DNA of 62,392 nt from an uncultured Actinomycetes bacterium (GTDB taxonomy: Bacteria; Actinomycetota; Actinomycetes; Nanopelagicales; Nanopelagicaceae). The stretch covers positions 1 to 62,392 of the forward strand of contig CAJBLC010000052.1 in the NCBI GenBank assembly GCA_903953805.1. The letters run 5' to 3'. Made by a program: the position numbers and the translations under genes. Below are positions 1-11,220 of the stretch, in pieces (position 1 is the first letter of the stretch; the number at the start of each line of letters is the position of its first letter). The notes beneath the pieces were generated by a model. It had not been told where the DNA came from, did not search any database, and saw only the letters and a program-made list of their open reading frames with translations.

Positions 1-588
1 AATCATCAACTGAAGACGCTCACTCGCATCTTCGTAGGCCTCATCCATCCGTTCCGAAGTGCCATCCCAGTTAATTGCATTCGCGATAAGTGTGAGCGAG
101 CCAGTGAGGTGATCAAAGATCGCAAGGTCTGATGTCAACATATATGCGATTTCCGGCAGATCAACATCGTTTACTGCAATTTCAGGAATCTTCTCGAGAC
201 GACGAACAATCTCATAGCCAGCGTACCCAACTAAACCACCAGTTAACGGTGGCAAACCGTCAATCGTCGGACTCTTCAAATGTGCAGCAGTTATCTTCAA
301 GGCATCAAGTGGATCGATTCCGGTTGGAACTCCAGCCGGTGCCTTTCCTTTCCACACTGCAAGGCCATCTTCTTCAGTAAGGGTCGCGAGTGAATTAACG
401 CCAACAAAGGAGTAACGCGACCAGACTCCACCATGTTCGGCAGACTCCAAAAGAAATGTTCCGCTTCGATCACCGGCAAGCTTCTTATAAACAGTTAATG
501 GAGTTTCGTGATCAGCAAGAATGCGCTTCCAAACGGGAACAACGTTATAACGTGCAGCGTATTCGCGAAATTCTTCTAAGGTCATCAT
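1..588 (-). CDS. trpE: anthranilate synthase component I, N-terminal part (gene runs off the left edge of the window)
   Basis: My own minus-strand translation from the ATG at 588 gives MMTLEEFREYAARYNVVPVWKRILADHETPLTVYKKLAGDRSGTFLLESAEHGGVWSRYSF..., open to position 1. This is a TrpE-type N-terminus. It starts 2 nt after the hisI stop (actinobacterial hisI-trpE synteny). It is missing from the ORF track because it has no stop inside the window. Confidence 0.85.
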   Translation of the reverse strand, partial: MMTLEEFREYAARYNVVPVWKRILADHETPLTVYKKLAGDRSGTFLLESAEHGGVWSRYSFVGVNSLATLTEEDGLAVWKGKAPAGVPTGIDPLDALKITAAHLKSPTIDGLPPLTGGLVGYAGYEIVRRLEKIPEIAVNDVDLPEIAYMLTSDLAIFDHLTGSLTLIANAINWDGTSERMDEAYEDASERLQLMI

Positions 589-590
589 GG

Positions 591-926
591 CTAGAGATCC
601 AGATTTCGATGGAAGCAGCTTCGCTCGCCGGTGTGACAAGCAGCGCCTATCTGATCGACTTTGAGAAGGATTGCATCGCCATCACAATCATAAGAAGCGC
701 TCACCAACTTTTGAGTGTGGCCCGATGTGAGCCCTTTCTCCCAGAGCTCATTTCGACTTCGACTCCAGTAAGTAACTCTTCCGGTTGCGAGCGTCTGCTC
801 AAGGGCTTCGCGGTTCATCCAAGCAACCATCAATACATCACCACTCAAGTGATCCTGCGCGATTGCGGCGACGAGTTCACCACGGTCAAAGTGCTCCGTG
901 ATCTCTACAGGAATTGTCGACGTCAT
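591..926 (-). CDS. hisI: phosphoribosyl-AMP cyclohydrolase
   Basis: 111 aa. Contains [25 protein letters not shown]...[25 protein letters not shown], the HisI signature. It is the last gene of the his operon. Confidence 0.93.
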   Translation of the reverse strand: MTSTIPVEITEHFDRGELVAAIAQDHLSGDVLMVAWMNREALEQTLATGRVTYWSRSRNELWEKGLTSGHTQKLVSASYDCDGDAILLKVDQIGAACHTGERSCFHRNLDL

Positions 927-950
927 CAGCCCATTCTGCCCTATTGGCGC

Positions 951-1709
951 CTAGCGGCGAATTGAATAACCACGTGCCGAGAGATCTTCCTTGACCTCAG
1001 CAATTGTGAAGGTGCCAAAGTGGAAGACACTCGCCGCTAGGAGCGCATCAGCCCCAGCGTCGAGGGCGCTTGCGAAATCCGATAACTTTCCAGCTCCTCC
1101 ACTTGCAATGACCGGAACAGAAGAGATTGCTCGAACTGCTCGAATCATCTCGATGTCGTAGCCATCACCTGTGCCATCAGCATCCATTGAATTGAGCAGA
1201 ATCTCACCCACACCTCGGGTGATGCCTTCCTCTACCCATGCGAGTGCATCGAGGCCAGCGCTCTTTCTCCCACCGTGAGTCGTGACTTCAAATCCCGAAG
1301 GGGTTTCTGCCCTTCTCGCATCGACTGATAAGACCAATACTTGGTTGCCAAAACGATCTGCTATCTCATTAATTAACTGCGGATTGTTGATCGCTGCAGT
1401 GTTTATGGAAACCTTGTCGGCGCCCGCACGCAATAGACGATCCACATCTGCACTCGCTCTGATGCCACCACCTACCGTGAGTGGAATAAAGACCTGTTCG
1501 GCGGTTCTACTCACCATCTCAAGAGTTGTTGATCGATCTTCAACAGATGCTGATATGTCGAGGAAGGTCAACTCATCTGCGCCAGCATCTCCGTACAACT
1601 TTGCAAGTTCTACCGGGTCGCCTGCATCACGAAGATTTTGGAAATTAACTCCCTTAACGACTCTGCCTGCTGCCACATCAAGGCAGGGAATGATTCTCTT
1701 TGCCAGCAT
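951..1709 (-). CDS. hisF: imidazole glycerol phosphate synthase, cyclase subunit
   Basis: 252 aa. [12 protein letters not shown]...[11 protein letters not shown]...ASGGAG is typical HisF. Its start overlaps the hisA stop. Confidence 0.95.
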   Translation of the reverse strand: MLAKRIIPCLDVAAGRVVKGVNFQNLRDAGDPVELAKLYGDAGADELTFLDISASVEDRSTTLEMVSRTAEQVFIPLTVGGGIRASADVDRLLRAGADKVSINTAAINNPQLINEIADRFGNQVLVLSVDARRAETPSGFEVTTHGGRKSAGLDALAWVEEGITRGVGEILLNSMDADGTGDGYDIEMIRAVRAISSVPVIASGGAGKLSDFASALDAGADALLAASVFHFGTFTIAEVKEDLSARGYSIRR

Positions 1710-2431
1710 TAGCGACAGGTTTCAATCGCTTCTGGAAGTGTGAATGCGCCTGCGTATAACGCTTTGCCGACGATCGCACCTTCAACGCCAATAGAAGTGA
1801 GCGATTTGATTGCAACAAGATCAGCCAGTGTTGATACACCACCACTTGCGACAACAGGCCTTGTTGTAGCAGCACACACTTCTCGAAGTAATTCAAGGTT
1901 GGGCCCGGTTAACGTTCCATCCTTAGCAACATCTGTCACGATATAGCGAGAACACCCATCGCGATCTAAACGTTCGATCGTCTCAAAGAGATCTCCACCT
2001 TCACGTGTCCAGCCTCGTGCAGCGAGCGTGTGGCCTCGCACATCGAGACCGACAGCAATTCGATCCCCACATTCAGAGATCACTTTTGCAGTCCAATCAG
2101 GATTTTCGAGTGCTGCGGTTCCAAGGTTCACTCGTTCACAACCGGTTGCAAGGGCACGGCGAAGCGAATCGTCATCACGAATTCCGCCAGAGAGTTCTAC
2201 GCGTAGATCAACGCTCTTGATTACCTCTGCCAAGAGATCGGCATTACTTCCGATTCCAAATGCCGCGTCGAGATCAACGAGATGGATCCACTCGGCACCT
2301 GCAGCGAGAAATTCAAGCGCAACCTCACGAGGGTCTCCGTACTGACTCTCAGCTGAGAGTTCACCTTGCACAAGGCGAACAGCTTTGCCGCCTTTTACAT
2401 CAATAGCCGGAAGCAGTTCTAAAGCGCTCAT
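1709..2431 (-). CDS. hisA: ProFAR isomerase (HisA; actinobacterial PriA type possible)
   Basis: Contains [20 protein letters not shown]...SGGIRD...ASGGVS. I chose the internal ATG at 2431 because it forms an ATGA overlap with the hisH stop. The ORF track start at 2446 is 5 codons longer. Confidence 0.9.
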   Translation of the reverse strand: MSALELLPAIDVKGGKAVRLVQGELSAESQYGDPREVALEFLAAGAEWIHLVDLDAAFGIGSNADLLAEVIKSVDLRVELSGGIRDDDSLRRALATGCERVNLGTAALENPDWTAKVISECGDRIAVGLDVRGHTLAARGWTREGGDLFETIERLDRDGCSRYIVTDVAKDGTLTGPNLELLREVCAATTRPVVASGGVSTLADLVAIKSLTSIGVEGAIVGKALYAGAFTLPEAIETCR

Positions 2432-3024
2432 AAGGTCTCCGCCCAATTCTTGATCAATCTTGCTCCCGCTTTACCACTCTTCTCGGGATGGAATTGTGTG
2501 GCACTCACCTTTCCATACTCAACAGCAGCGATAAAGCGCTCGCTATATTCTGTTGTGGACGCGAGGATCGCTGAATCAACGCTCTTCACCGCATAAGAGT
2601 GCACAAAATAGAAAGATTCGTTTTCAATGCCGTGAAAGAGTTTCGAGTTGGGCGCTGACGAGACAGTGTTCCACCCAATATGCGGCAGGACCGGCGCGTC
2701 GAGCGGTGTCACTTCACCCGAAAATACTCCAACGCCTGAGTGAGAGCCCTTCTCGGCACCGCGCGAAAAGAGGATCTGCATTCCTACGCAAATACCAAGT
2801 AACGGCTTCTCAGATTCCACTCTTGCTCGAATGATCTCTTCGCCACCGATTGCGAGAAGTTGATCCATGCAGGCACCAAACGCACCAACGCCAGGCACGA
2901 CAAGTCCATGGGCTGCTAAGGCGCGATCGCGATCAGCAGTGATCTCAACATCGTGCCCTGTTAATTCAAAGGCGCGTTGTGCAGAGCGAAGATTCCCCGA
3001 TCCGTAGTCGAGTATCGCGATCAA
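2428..3024 (-). CDS. hisH: imidazole glycerol phosphate synthase, glutamine amidotransferase subunit
   Basis: 198 aa. [19 protein letters not shown]...LLGICVGMQ...HSY is the class-I GATase triad context. Confidence 0.95.
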   Translation of the reverse strand: MIAILDYGSGNLRSAQRAFELTGHDVEITADRDRALAAHGLVVPGVGAFGACMDQLLAIGGEEIIRARVESEKPLLGICVGMQILFSRGAEKGSHSGVGVFSGEVTPLDAPVLPHIGWNTVSSAPNSKLFHGIENESFYFVHSYAVKSVDSAILASTTEYSERFIAAVEYGKVSATQFHPEKSGKAGARLIKNWAETL

Positions 3025-3626
3025 AGAGTTCCCTTTGTAGAAGGAATCCCTGCTACTCCGTCGCGAGAAACGGCATCGCGAAGTGCGCGAGCGACAGCTT
3101 TAAATTGTGCTTCGAAGACGTGATGGGCATTGCGTCCTTCAAGAACGCGAACGTGCAATGCAATACGTGCTTCAGCGACGATTGATTCCCAGATGTGGCG
3201 GCCTAAGGTCGTATCGAAGGTACCTATGAGCTCTACGATTTCTGGTTGGCGATGTACAAGGTAAGGACGTCCAGAGAGATCTACCGCTGCTTGGACAAGA
3301 ACTTCATCAAGCGGGACCATGGCATCACCGAAGCGACGAATTCCAGATTTATCGCCAAGCGCCTCTCTAAGTGCCTGCCCAAAGGCAAGGGAAGTATCTT
3401 CAACAGTGTGGTGTGAATCGACATCGACATCGCCTTTTGTTACAACGGTGAGATCGAAACCTGAGTGCTTACCTAATTGTGAGAGCATGTGGTCGAAGAA
3501 AGGAACACCGGTCTCAACGTTGATCTGCCCAGCGCCATCAAGATTGATCTCAACGCTAACGCTGGACTCTTTGGTCTCGCGTACGACTTTGGCACGACGA
3601 GCACTTCCATTCGCTGATGTAGTCAT
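3021..3626 (-). CDS. hisB: imidazoleglycerol-phosphate dehydratase
   Basis: 201 aa. Contains [15 protein letters not shown]...FFDHML...DSHHTVEDT...NAHH motifs. Confidence 0.95.
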   Translation of the reverse strand: MTTSANGSARRAKVVRETKESSVSVEINLDGAGQINVETGVPFFDHMLSQLGKHSGFDLTVVTKGDVDVDSHHTVEDTSLAFGQALREALGDKSGIRRFGDAMVPLDEVLVQAAVDLSGRPYLVHRQPEIVELIGTFDTTLGRHIWESIVAEARIALHVRVLEGRNAHHVFEAQFKAVARALRDAVSRDGVAGIPSTKGTL

Positions 3627-3661
3627 CTTCCTTCTTCCCGTTTCTTTTTAATCAGAGCTAA

Positions 3662-4792
3662 TTATGAGGCAAAGCTATGCATCACCGAGAGGAATTCATC
3701 GTTTTCACGAGGAGTTCCTATCGTGACTCGCAGATATCCTTCAAGACCGGTATCTCGGATGAGGACACCGCCATCAAGGAAGCGCTGCCACACCTCATGG
3801 CTCGTTCCTGGAAAGCCACTGAAGAGAATGAAATTTGCGGCACTTGGAAGCGGCTTCCACCCGTTGAGAGAGATTGCCGCCGCAACACGTTCACGTTCAG
3901 CCTTAATCTCTTCGATTCCCGATTGCATTAATTCTGCATTATCGAGGGCGACCTCAGCGGCTGCCTGTGTAAGAGCGCTCAAGTGATACGGGAGTCTCGT
4001 GACGAGCATGGAATCAATCACTGCTGGATGAGCTACGAGATATCCAAGTCGAACTCCTGCAAAGGCAAATGCTTTACTCATTGTGCGAGAGACAACCACG
4101 TGTGGAAATCTCCTGATGAGAGTGACAGCTGAATCTTCAGGCGAGAACTCGGCATATGCCTCATCGACGATAAGAAGTCCCCCAACATCCCCCGTTGCTC
4201 GAGCAATCTCTTCGATATCAGAGATTGATGTCGCAGTTCCAGATGGATTATTAGGTGTTGTTAAAAAGACTAGCGAAGGTTTGAGCTCGCGAATTCCAGT
4301 CGCTGCACCGGATGCGTCGACACCAAACTCTGAATCTCTACTTCCGACGATCCATGATGTGCCGGTGATATTCGCGATCATCGGATGTACTGAATAAGAA
4401 GGAGTGAAACCGATTGCAGTTCGCCCCGCTCCCCCGAAGGCCAAGAAGAGTGTCTGAAGAATCTCATTACTGCCGTTTGCTACCCAAATATGTGAAACTC
4501 CGAACTGAGTATCAGAAGCGCGATTGATATATCCCGCCAATTTTTCACGAAGTGCCACCGCATCTCGATCGGGATAACGATTCAATCCAGTCGCGATCTC
4601 TGCGATTCGATCCATCATTCGATCCCGTACCAAATCAGGAAGGGAGTTCGGATTCTCATTTGTATTGAGTTGAATCACCTGGTCGAGCTGTGGAGCGCCG
4701 TATGGTGTTGAATTTTTAAGAGCAGGTCGAAGTGGAAGCCAGCCAGGCCAACGTGTGTTGTGGCTATTCGTCGTTACATTCTTTTCGCTCAT
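3662..4792 (-). CDS. hisC: histidinol-phosphate aminotransferase
   Basis: 376 aa class-II aminotransferase. Contains NTNENP...YPD...SRTMSKAFAFAGVRLGY, which carries the PLP lysine. It sits in the his operon. Confidence 0.93.
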   Translation of the reverse strand: MSEKNVTTNSHNTRWPGWLPLRPALKNSTPYGAPQLDQVIQLNTNENPNSLPDLVRDRMMDRIAEIATGLNRYPDRDAVALREKLAGYINRASDTQFGVSHIWVANGSNEILQTLFLAFGGAGRTAIGFTPSYSVHPMIANITGTSWIVGSRDSEFGVDASGAATGIRELKPSLVFLTTPNNPSGTATSISDIEEIARATGDVGGLLIVDEAYAEFSPEDSAVTLIRRFPHVVVSRTMSKAFAFAGVRLGYLVAHPAVIDSMLVTRLPYHLSALTQAAAEVALDNAELMQSGIEEIKAERERVAAAISLNGWKPLPSAANFILFSGFPGTSHEVWQRFLDGGVLIRDTGLEGYLRVTIGTPRENDEFLSVMHSFAS

Positions 4793-4803
4793 CAGCGCTT
4801 CTC

Positions 4804-6135
4804 CTAATTCTCTTCCGAAGCGATTGTCTCGAGTCTGGCGCTCATCGCTTGGCCATGTGCAGGTAAATCTTCTGCTTGCGCCAATGTGATGACATTCTGA
4901 GCGATATCGATAAATGCACTCTTGTCATACTCAATAAAGTTCAATCCACGTAAGAAACTCTGGACCGAGAGTCCGCTTGAGTGACAGGCGCAACCACCAG
5001 TAGGAAGGACGTGATTTGAGCCCGCGGAGTAATCCCCCAGCGAGACGGGAGCGAATCGACCAATAAAGACAGCACCAGCATTTCTAATCCGATGAGAAAG
5101 TGCTTGTGCATTCTCGAAGATCAACTCTAAATGTTCGGCGGCATAAGCGTTGACGACATCAAAGCCTTGATCGAGCGAGTCGACTAATACAAGTGCAGAT
5201 TGAATGCCGCTGAGTGCAATCTCAATACGCTCACGGTGCTTGGTGAGAGCGACTCTCTTTTCGAGTTCAGCGCGAACAGCAGCGATGAGTTTTTCAGAAG
5301 GAGTAACGAGTACCGCGGCAGCAATCGTGTCATGTTCTGCTTGGCTAATAAGGTCAGCTGCGACTTCACTTGCTATCGCAGATTCATCGGCGAGAATAGC
5401 GATCTCCGTTGGACCCGCCTCTGAGTCGATTCCGATAACTCCTCGAAGTGCTCGCTTTGCTGCTGCTACATAAATATTCCCGGGTCCAGTGACCATATCG
5501 ACGCGCTCACAGACGCCTTCAACTCCGTATGCGAACATGGCGACAGCTTGAGCGCCACCAATGGCATAGACCTCATCGATTCCCAATAAGGCACATGTCG
5601 CCAGAATCGTTGGGTGCGGGTATCCGCCATTCTCTTTTTGTGGTGGGGAGGCAACTGCAATACTGCCGACCTTTGCGATCTGCGCAGGAACAACATTCAT
5701 GATGACCGAACTTGGATAGACCGCTCGCCCACCTGGGACATAAAGTCCTACGCGATCGACAGGGATCCACCGTTGTTCAACTCTTCCGCCATCCACGACC
5801 TGTGTCGCCACCGATGCACGGGTTTGATCGCTATGAACTTTCTGAATTCGACGAATTGCTTCTTCAAGAGAGCTGCGAATGTCAGGTGCAAGCGTCGCTA
5901 AGGATTCCGAGATGACGTGGGCTGGGACTCGAATCTGCGCTGGCTTTATGCCATCAAATTTTTCGCCCAGGGCAATCAGGTCAGATTCAGAGCCATTCTT
6001 TACCTGCGCCAAGATCGGTTCAATAGCGACCATGGCGGTCGCGATATCGAGCGTCGCCCGCGGGAGGCGCTTTTGGTATTCGCCTTTAGACAGGTGTTGG
6101 CCGCGGAGATCTAGGGTACGAATCTGCACGCTCAT
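4804..6135 (-). CDS. hisD: histidinol dehydrogenase
   Basis: 443 aa. Contains [11 protein letters not shown]...[11 protein letters not shown]...SQAEHD...[13 protein letters not shown]. Confidence 0.95.
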   Translation of the reverse strand: MSVQIRTLDLRGQHLSKGEYQKRLPRATLDIATAMVAIEPILAQVKNGSESDLIALGEKFDGIKPAQIRVPAHVISESLATLAPDIRSSLEEAIRRIQKVHSDQTRASVATQVVDGGRVEQRWIPVDRVGLYVPGGRAVYPSSVIMNVVPAQIAKVGSIAVASPPQKENGGYPHPTILATCALLGIDEVYAIGGAQAVAMFAYGVEGVCERVDMVTGPGNIYVAAAKRALRGVIGIDSEAGPTEIAILADESAIASEVAADLISQAEHDTIAAAVLVTPSEKLIAAVRAELEKRVALTKHRERIEIALSGIQSALVLVDSLDQGFDVVNAYAAEHLELIFENAQALSHRIRNAGAVFIGRFAPVSLGDYSAGSNHVLPTGGCACHSSGLSVQSFLRGLNFIEYDKSAFIDIAQNVITLAQAEDLPAHGQAMSARLETIASEEN

Positions 6136-6197
6136 AGGTGAAGTCTAGAGGTTGCCCAGCCTTCCCCATCTCGCATAATCAGGAGAGCAGATCAGGG

Positions 6198-9100
6198 TCA
6201 GGCGAGGATGCAATCTGCGCCAAGAATCTGCTTGAGGTCAGCGGAGAGGCTCGGTGAAGCGGTCACTCGGAGGGCGTCATCAATCTTCATCACCATGCCA
6301 CCACGACCATCTTCAACTTTGAGATGGACTTCACGATTTCCAGGATGAGATCTCAAGATCTCTTTCATTCGCTCGACAATTGGCGCAGTGACTCGAGCTG
6401 AATCCATCGAGATGAGGACTGGTCCAGTCGGTGCAGCGCTGATGTCCGGCATCGACATATCCAGTGCGGTGATGCGGAGGTTCTCTTCGCGGCGGTCGAC
6501 CCGGCCTCGAATCACGACCACCTTATCTTCAACAAGATTCATGGCATGAGTTGTGTAGGTATTTGCAAAGAAGAGAACATCGGCAGAGCCTTCAAGATCT
6601 TCAATCGTGACGATCGCCCATGATTTACCTTGCTTGGAAACTTTTCGTTGTACTGAGGTGATGAGTCCACCGATCGAGACGATAGCCTCGTGACCAACTG
6701 AATCATCCGCAAGTGCCGAGATCGGCATATCAACCGCTGCGCGCAAGATATGTTCAACACCAAAGAGCGGATGGTCTGAAACATAGAGACCTAACATCTC
6801 GCGTTCGTAACTGAGAAGAAGAGATTTCTCCCATTCCTCTGAGGGGATATCGACCTCAACGCTTGAGACTGTAGAACCACTATCTGGAGTAGATCCAAAG
6901 AGATCGTATTGACCCAATGATTCTGCTCGCTTGCTCTCCATGACTGAATCAATCGCACCTAAGTAGATCATCATCAGACCACGGCGGCTATGTCCGAGCG
7001 AGTCGAATGCTCCCGCTTTAATGAGCGATTCAATGGTCTTCTTATTGCAGACTTGTTGATCCACCTTCGCCAAGAAATCGCCGAAAGATGTGTAACGACC
7101 CTTCTCGTGGCGGGCGGCAACAATAGCTGCAGTAACGTTTTCACCGACATTGCGGATAGCGCTCAATCCAAAACGGATATCGCTCCCACGTGGTGTGTAA
7201 TCAGATTCTGATTCATTGACATCCGGAGGGAGAACCTTGATTCCCATGCGACGACACTCGCTGAGATAGAGCGCGCTCTTATCTTTGTCGTCCCGCACGC
7301 TGGTGAGAAGTGCCGACATGTACTCAGTAGGGAAATTAGCTTTGAGATAGGCGGTCCAAAATGAGACCACTCCATACCCTGCGCTATGTGCTCGGTTGAA
7401 GGCATAGTCCGCAAACGGGATTAACGTCTCCCATAACTTTGCGATCGCGCCCTTGGAGAAACCATTCTCAAACATGCCCGCCTCAAAATTTACAAACTCT
7501 TTATCCAGAATCTCTTTCTGCTTCTTACCCATCGCCTTACGAAGGAGATCCGCACGACCGAGAGAGAAGCCCGCAACCTTTTGAGCAATCGCCATAACCT
7601 GCTCTTGGTAGACGATCAGGCCGTAGGTATTACCTAAAATCTCAGCGAGCGGCTCCGATAGCTCGGGGTGGATAGGGACAACCGGCTTACGTTTATTCTT
7701 TCGATCTGCATAATCATTATGTGCATTAACGCCCATCGGTCCTGGACGATAAAGTGCAATCACCGCTGAGATATCTTCAAAGGAATCTGGCGCCATCTGT
7801 CTAAGGAGTGCTCGCATTGGGCCGCCATCAAGTTGGAATACTCCCAGGGTGTCTCCGCGACCTAGAAGTTCAAATGTCTTTGCATCTGCAAGCTCGAGAT
7901 CTTCGAGGCGAATATCAATATTTTGATTCGACTTAATGTTGAGAAGCGCTTCATCGAGCACCGAGAGATTTCGGAGACCCAAGAAATCCATCTTGAGTAA
8001 TCCGATCGCTTCGCAGGCTCCCATATCGAACTGAGTGATGATCGCACCGTCATTTTCACGGCGATGGATAGGAATAACATCGAGCAATGGGTACTTACTC
8101 AGGATAACGCCAGCAGCATGCACGCCAGATTGTCGCTTGAGTCCCTCTAGACCACGGGCTGTATCAACAATCTTCTTTGAATCAGGATCTGTCTCATAGA
8201 GTGTTCGGAATTCACCGGCTTCGCCGTATCGATCATCCTTTGGATTGAAGATGCCTGAGAGCGTTATATCTTTCCCCATCACTGTTGGTGGCAGCGCCTT
8301 TGTTAAACGCTCACCTAGTGCATAGGGATAGCCGAGAACTCGTGTTGAATCTTTAAGCGCCTGCTTCGACTTAATATTGGAGTACGTAATGATCTGCGCT
8401 ACTCGATCTTCACCATACTTCTCAGTCGCATAGGCAATCATCTCGGAGCGACGACGTTCATCGAAGTCGAGGTCGATATCTGGCATGGAGATACGTTCTG
8501 GATTGAGGAAGCGCTCAAAGAGCAGGCCATGGCGGATCGGATCTAGTTGAGTGATTCCTAGTGCATAGGAGACGAGCGAGCCGGCGGCGGAGCCACGACC
8601 TGGACCGACGCGGATTCCAACTTCACGGGCATGCTCACACAGATCTGCGACAACGAGGAAGTACCCCGGGAATCCCATCTTGATCATCGTATCCAGCTCG
8701 TAGTCGAGTCGCTCTTGATACTCAGCTGGAAGATCGCCTCCAAGGCGAACTCTCATACCCTCGTTAGCGAGTTTTCGTAGCCAAGAATCTTCGCTCTCGC
8801 CCTTGGGGACATCGAACTGCGGCAAGAGATTTTCATGGTCGCGCATCGTCGTATTGCAACGTTCAGCGATCAAAAGGGTGTTGTCGCAAGCACCTTCGAG
8901 CTCTGCAAATTTCTCGCGCATCTGCGCAGGGGTCTTGAGATAGAACTCGTCATTATCAAATTTAAATCGCTTCGGATCGGCGATCGTTGAACCACTTTGC
9001 ACACAGAGCAGTGCTTCATGAGCGCCAGCATCCTCATGCTTTGTATAGTGAAGATCATTTGTCGCTAACAGCGGAAGCCCAAGATCCTTACCCAATTTGA

Positions 9101-9707
9101 GAAGTTCAGATTTCACTCTGCTCTCAATTTCAATTCCGTGATCCATTACTTCAAGGAAGAAATTCTCTTTTCCAAAGATATCTCGAAGTTCACTCGCTGC
9201 TGCACGAGCTTCTTTATATGCCCCCATCCGCAATCGAGTTTGAACTTCTCCTCCGGGACAACCCGTCGTTGCAATGATTCCCTTCGAATATTGCGCGAGC
9301 AGTTCACGATCCATGCGTGGCTTGTAGTAAAAACCTTCAAGGGATGCGAGCGAAGAAAGTCTAAAGAGATTTCCCAAACCCTCATTATTTTCAGCGAGCA
9401 AGGTCATATGTGTATATGCGCCGCCACCTGAGACATCATCTTCTCCACCATCGGCCCATTTCACGCGACTCTTGGTGAAGCGCGATTCGGGCGCAACATA
9501 AGCTTCGATGCCGATGATTGGCTTCACGCCCGCTTTTAAGGCCTGCTTATTAAATTCGTACGCACCAAAGACATTGCCATGATCGGTAATCGCTATAGCT
9601 GGCATCTCTAGCCGAGCCACCTCTTTTACGAGTTCGTCGACGCGCGCCGCACCATCGAGCATCGAGTACTCGGTGTGGACGTGAAGGTGGACGAAGCTAT
9701 CGGACAT
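6198..9707 (-). CDS. dnaE: DNA polymerase III alpha subunit (replicative)
   Basis: 1169 aa. PHP start FVHLHVHTEYSMLDGA and catalytic PDIDLDFDERRR. It is full length with an OB-fold/C-terminal region. Confidence 0.96.
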   Translation of the reverse strand: MSDSFVHLHVHTEYSMLDGAARVDELVKEVARLEMPAIAITDHGNVFGAYEFNKQALKAGVKPIIGIEAYVAPESRFTKSRVKWADGGEDDVSGGGAYTHMTLLAENNEGLGNLFRLSSLASLEGFYYKPRMDRELLAQYSKGIIATTGCPGGEVQTRLRMGAYKEARAAASELRDIFGKENFFLEVMDHGIEIESRVKSELLKLGKDLGLPLLATNDLHYTKHEDAGAHEALLCVQSGSTIADPKRFKFDNDEFYLKTPAQMREKFAELEGACDNTLLIAERCNTTMRDHENLLPQFDVPKGESEDSWLRKLANEGMRVRLGGDLPAEYQERLDYELDTMIKMGFPGYFLVVADLCEHAREVGIRVGPGRGSAAGSLVSYALGITQLDPIRHGLLFERFLNPERISMPDIDLDFDERRRSEMIAYATEKYGEDRVAQIITYSNIKSKQALKDSTRVLGYPYALGERLTKALPPTVMGKDITLSGIFNPKDDRYGEAGEFRTLYETDPDSKKIVDTARGLEGLKRQSGVHAAGVILSKYPLLDVIPIHRRENDGAIITQFDMGACEAIGLLKMDFLGLRNLSVLDEALLNIKSNQNIDIRLEDLELADAKTFELLGRGDTLGVFQLDGGPMRALLRQMAPDSFEDISAVIALYRPGPMGVNAHNDYADRKNKRKPVVPIHPELSEPLAEILGNTYGLIVYQEQVMAIAQKVAGFSLGRADLLRKAMGKKQKEILDKEFVNFEAGMFENGFSKGAIAKLWETLIPFADYAFNRAHSAGYGVVSFWTAYLKANFPTEYMSALLTSVRDDKDKSALYLSECRRMGIKVLPPDVNESESDYTPRGSDIRFGLSAIRNVGENVTAAIVAARHEKGRYTSFGDFLAKVDQQVCNKKTIESLIKAGAFDSLGHSRRGLMMIYLGAIDSVMESKRAESLGQYDLFGSTPDSGSTVSSVEVDIPSEEWEKSLLLSYEREMLGLYVSDHPLFGVEHILRAAVDMPISALADDSVGHEAIVSIGGLITSVQRKVSKQGKSWAIVTIEDLEGSADVLFFANTYTTHAMNLVEDKVVVIRGRVDRREENLRITALDMSMPDISAAPTGPVLISMDSARVTAPIVERMKEILRSHPGNREVHLKVEDGRGGMVMKIDDALRVTASPSLSADLKQILGADCILA

Positions 9708-9731
9708 GATTGGCGAGATTACTACTGAGGA

Positions 9732-10676
9732 TCAATCGCGCTCTTGATTTGCTTCAAGTGAGCGGAGCGAGCGTGTCAGATCGGCTGGGTATGGCGAGGT
9801 GAAGTGAAGCAATTCACCAGTAATTGGGTGTTTCAGGGAGAGCTCGCGCGCATGTAACCATGGTCGGTTCATCTCAAGTCGATCTGCGATCGTGTGATCC
9901 GCTCCGTAGGTGAGATCCCCCACCAATGGATGGTGTAGCGCCGAGAAGTGGACGCGAATTTGATGGGTGCGGCCCGTCTCTAACTCAATTTCAAGAAGTG
10001 AGACAGCCCGGAAATATTCCAAGGCCTTGTAGTGCGTAATGCTCGGCTTTCCTTCGGCAACAACAGCAAAGCGATAATCCTCTTTTGGATGGCGATCAAT
10101 CGGAGCATCGATTGTTCCCTCTGATGGATCCATATGGCCTTGCACTAATGCGTGATAGACCTTACCCACTGTGCGATCTCTAAATTGATCTTTCAAGTTT
10201 GTATAGGAAGCTTCATCTTTCGCAACAACCATAAGACCGGTTGTACCAACATCAAGGCGATGAACAATCCCCTGACGTTCTGCAGCTCCACTTGTTGAGA
10301 CGTTGTAACCAGCGGCGATGATTGCACCAATAACTGTTGGCCCACTCCAGCCAGGGCTTGGATGTGCTGCAACTCCCGCAGGCTTATCAATCACAATAAT
10401 GTGGTCATCGTTGAAGACAACGGTAAGACCATCAACGGGTGTTGGAGTAAGAGTCGGCTCACTCTTTGCTGCCGGCATAAGTATCTCTAGGAGATCTCCA
10501 TCCGAAACTTTATCGGATTTGCCTAGCGCCTTTCCTTTGCGAGTGATCTCATCCGCCTCTAAGAGAAGAACGACAACAGAACGTGAAAGTCCTAATAATC
10601 TGGCAAGTGCAGCATCGACCCGTTCTTGATCAAGACCCTCTGGAATAGAAAGGATCTTTCGCTCGCGCTCACTCAT
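9732..10676 (-). CDS. rluD: RluA-family 23S rRNA pseudouridine synthase (RluD-like, with S4 domain)
   Basis: Contains HRLDVGTTGLMVVAK...GRTHQIRVH. I chose the start at ATG 10676 (AAGG lies 8 nt upstream, and it makes an 8-nt overlap with the lspA stop). The longest ORF reaches 10745. Confidence 0.88.
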   Translation of the reverse strand: MSERERKILSIPEGLDQERVDAALARLLGLSRSVVVLLLEADEITRKGKALGKSDKVSDGDLLEILMPAAKSEPTLTPTPVDGLTVVFNDDHIIVIDKPAGVAAHPSPGWSGPTVIGAIIAAGYNVSTSGAAERQGIVHRLDVGTTGLMVVAKDEASYTNLKDQFRDRTVGKVYHALVQGHMDPSEGTIDAPIDRHPKEDYRFAVVAEGKPSITHYKALEYFRAVSLLEIELETGRTHQIRVHFSALHHPLVGDLTYGADHTIADRLEMNRPWLHARELSLKHPITGELLHFTSPYPADLTRSLRSLEANQERD

Positions 10677-11220
10677 TGTCATCACCTTTAGTCGTGTCTC
10701 TTTCATCGAGCCCACCATGGCTGTTCTTTCTACCATGAGATTCACGCGATGGTATCTCTCTCAAGACGAGGACCGCCGCGAGAACTGCTCCGACAACAAT
10801 AGAGGAATCTGCCAGATTAAATGTTGGCCAATGAGGGAGCTCAATCCAATCGATGACCTGCCCTGCCAGCGCGCCTGGTGCTCTAAAAATTCGGTCGATC
10901 AGGTTGCCGCAAATTCCCCCAGTGACGAGTCCGGCGGAGAGAAGCCAGAGGCGATGAGTGAACTCCTTGGCGCGAATCAGAATGAGCGTCCCAGCGGTCA
11001 TCGAGAAGGCGGTCAGAAGTGTTGTCCGATTCGGGGCAAAACTAAATGCCGCCCCAGAGTTATAAAGGAGATGCAACGAGAGGAAGTTTCCTAAGAGCTT
11101 GTGCCTCTGACTTCCTAAGGTAGCGAGCGCAGCCGACTTCGATGCTAGATCGAGACCGGCGGTAAGAAAGAGTGTGAGCGCGAGGCGACGATGCGCCTGT
11201 GATCGTGGAACGAAGGTCAG
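10669..11220 (-). CDS. lspA: lipoprotein signal peptidase (signal peptidase II); the 5' end is uncertain
   Basis: Contains LLYNSGAAFSF...GNLIDR...FNLADS. The ORF track starts at TTG 11076, but the frame stays open upstream and encodes the expected first TM helix and the D-x-x-SK motif (RRLALTLFLTAGLDLASKSAALATL). No ATG/GTG/TTG is available there. A CTG at 11220 forms a CTGA overlap with the upstream stop. Confidence 0.8.
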   Translation of the reverse strand: MTFVPRSQAHRRLALTLFLTAGLDLASKSAALATLGSQRHKLLGNFLSLHLLYNSGAAFSFAPNRTTLLTAFSMTAGTLILIRAKEFTHRLWLLSAGLVTGGICGNLIDRIFRAPGALAGQVIDWIELPHWPTFNLADSSIVVGAVLAAVLVLREIPSRESHGRKNSHGGLDERDTTKGDDNE

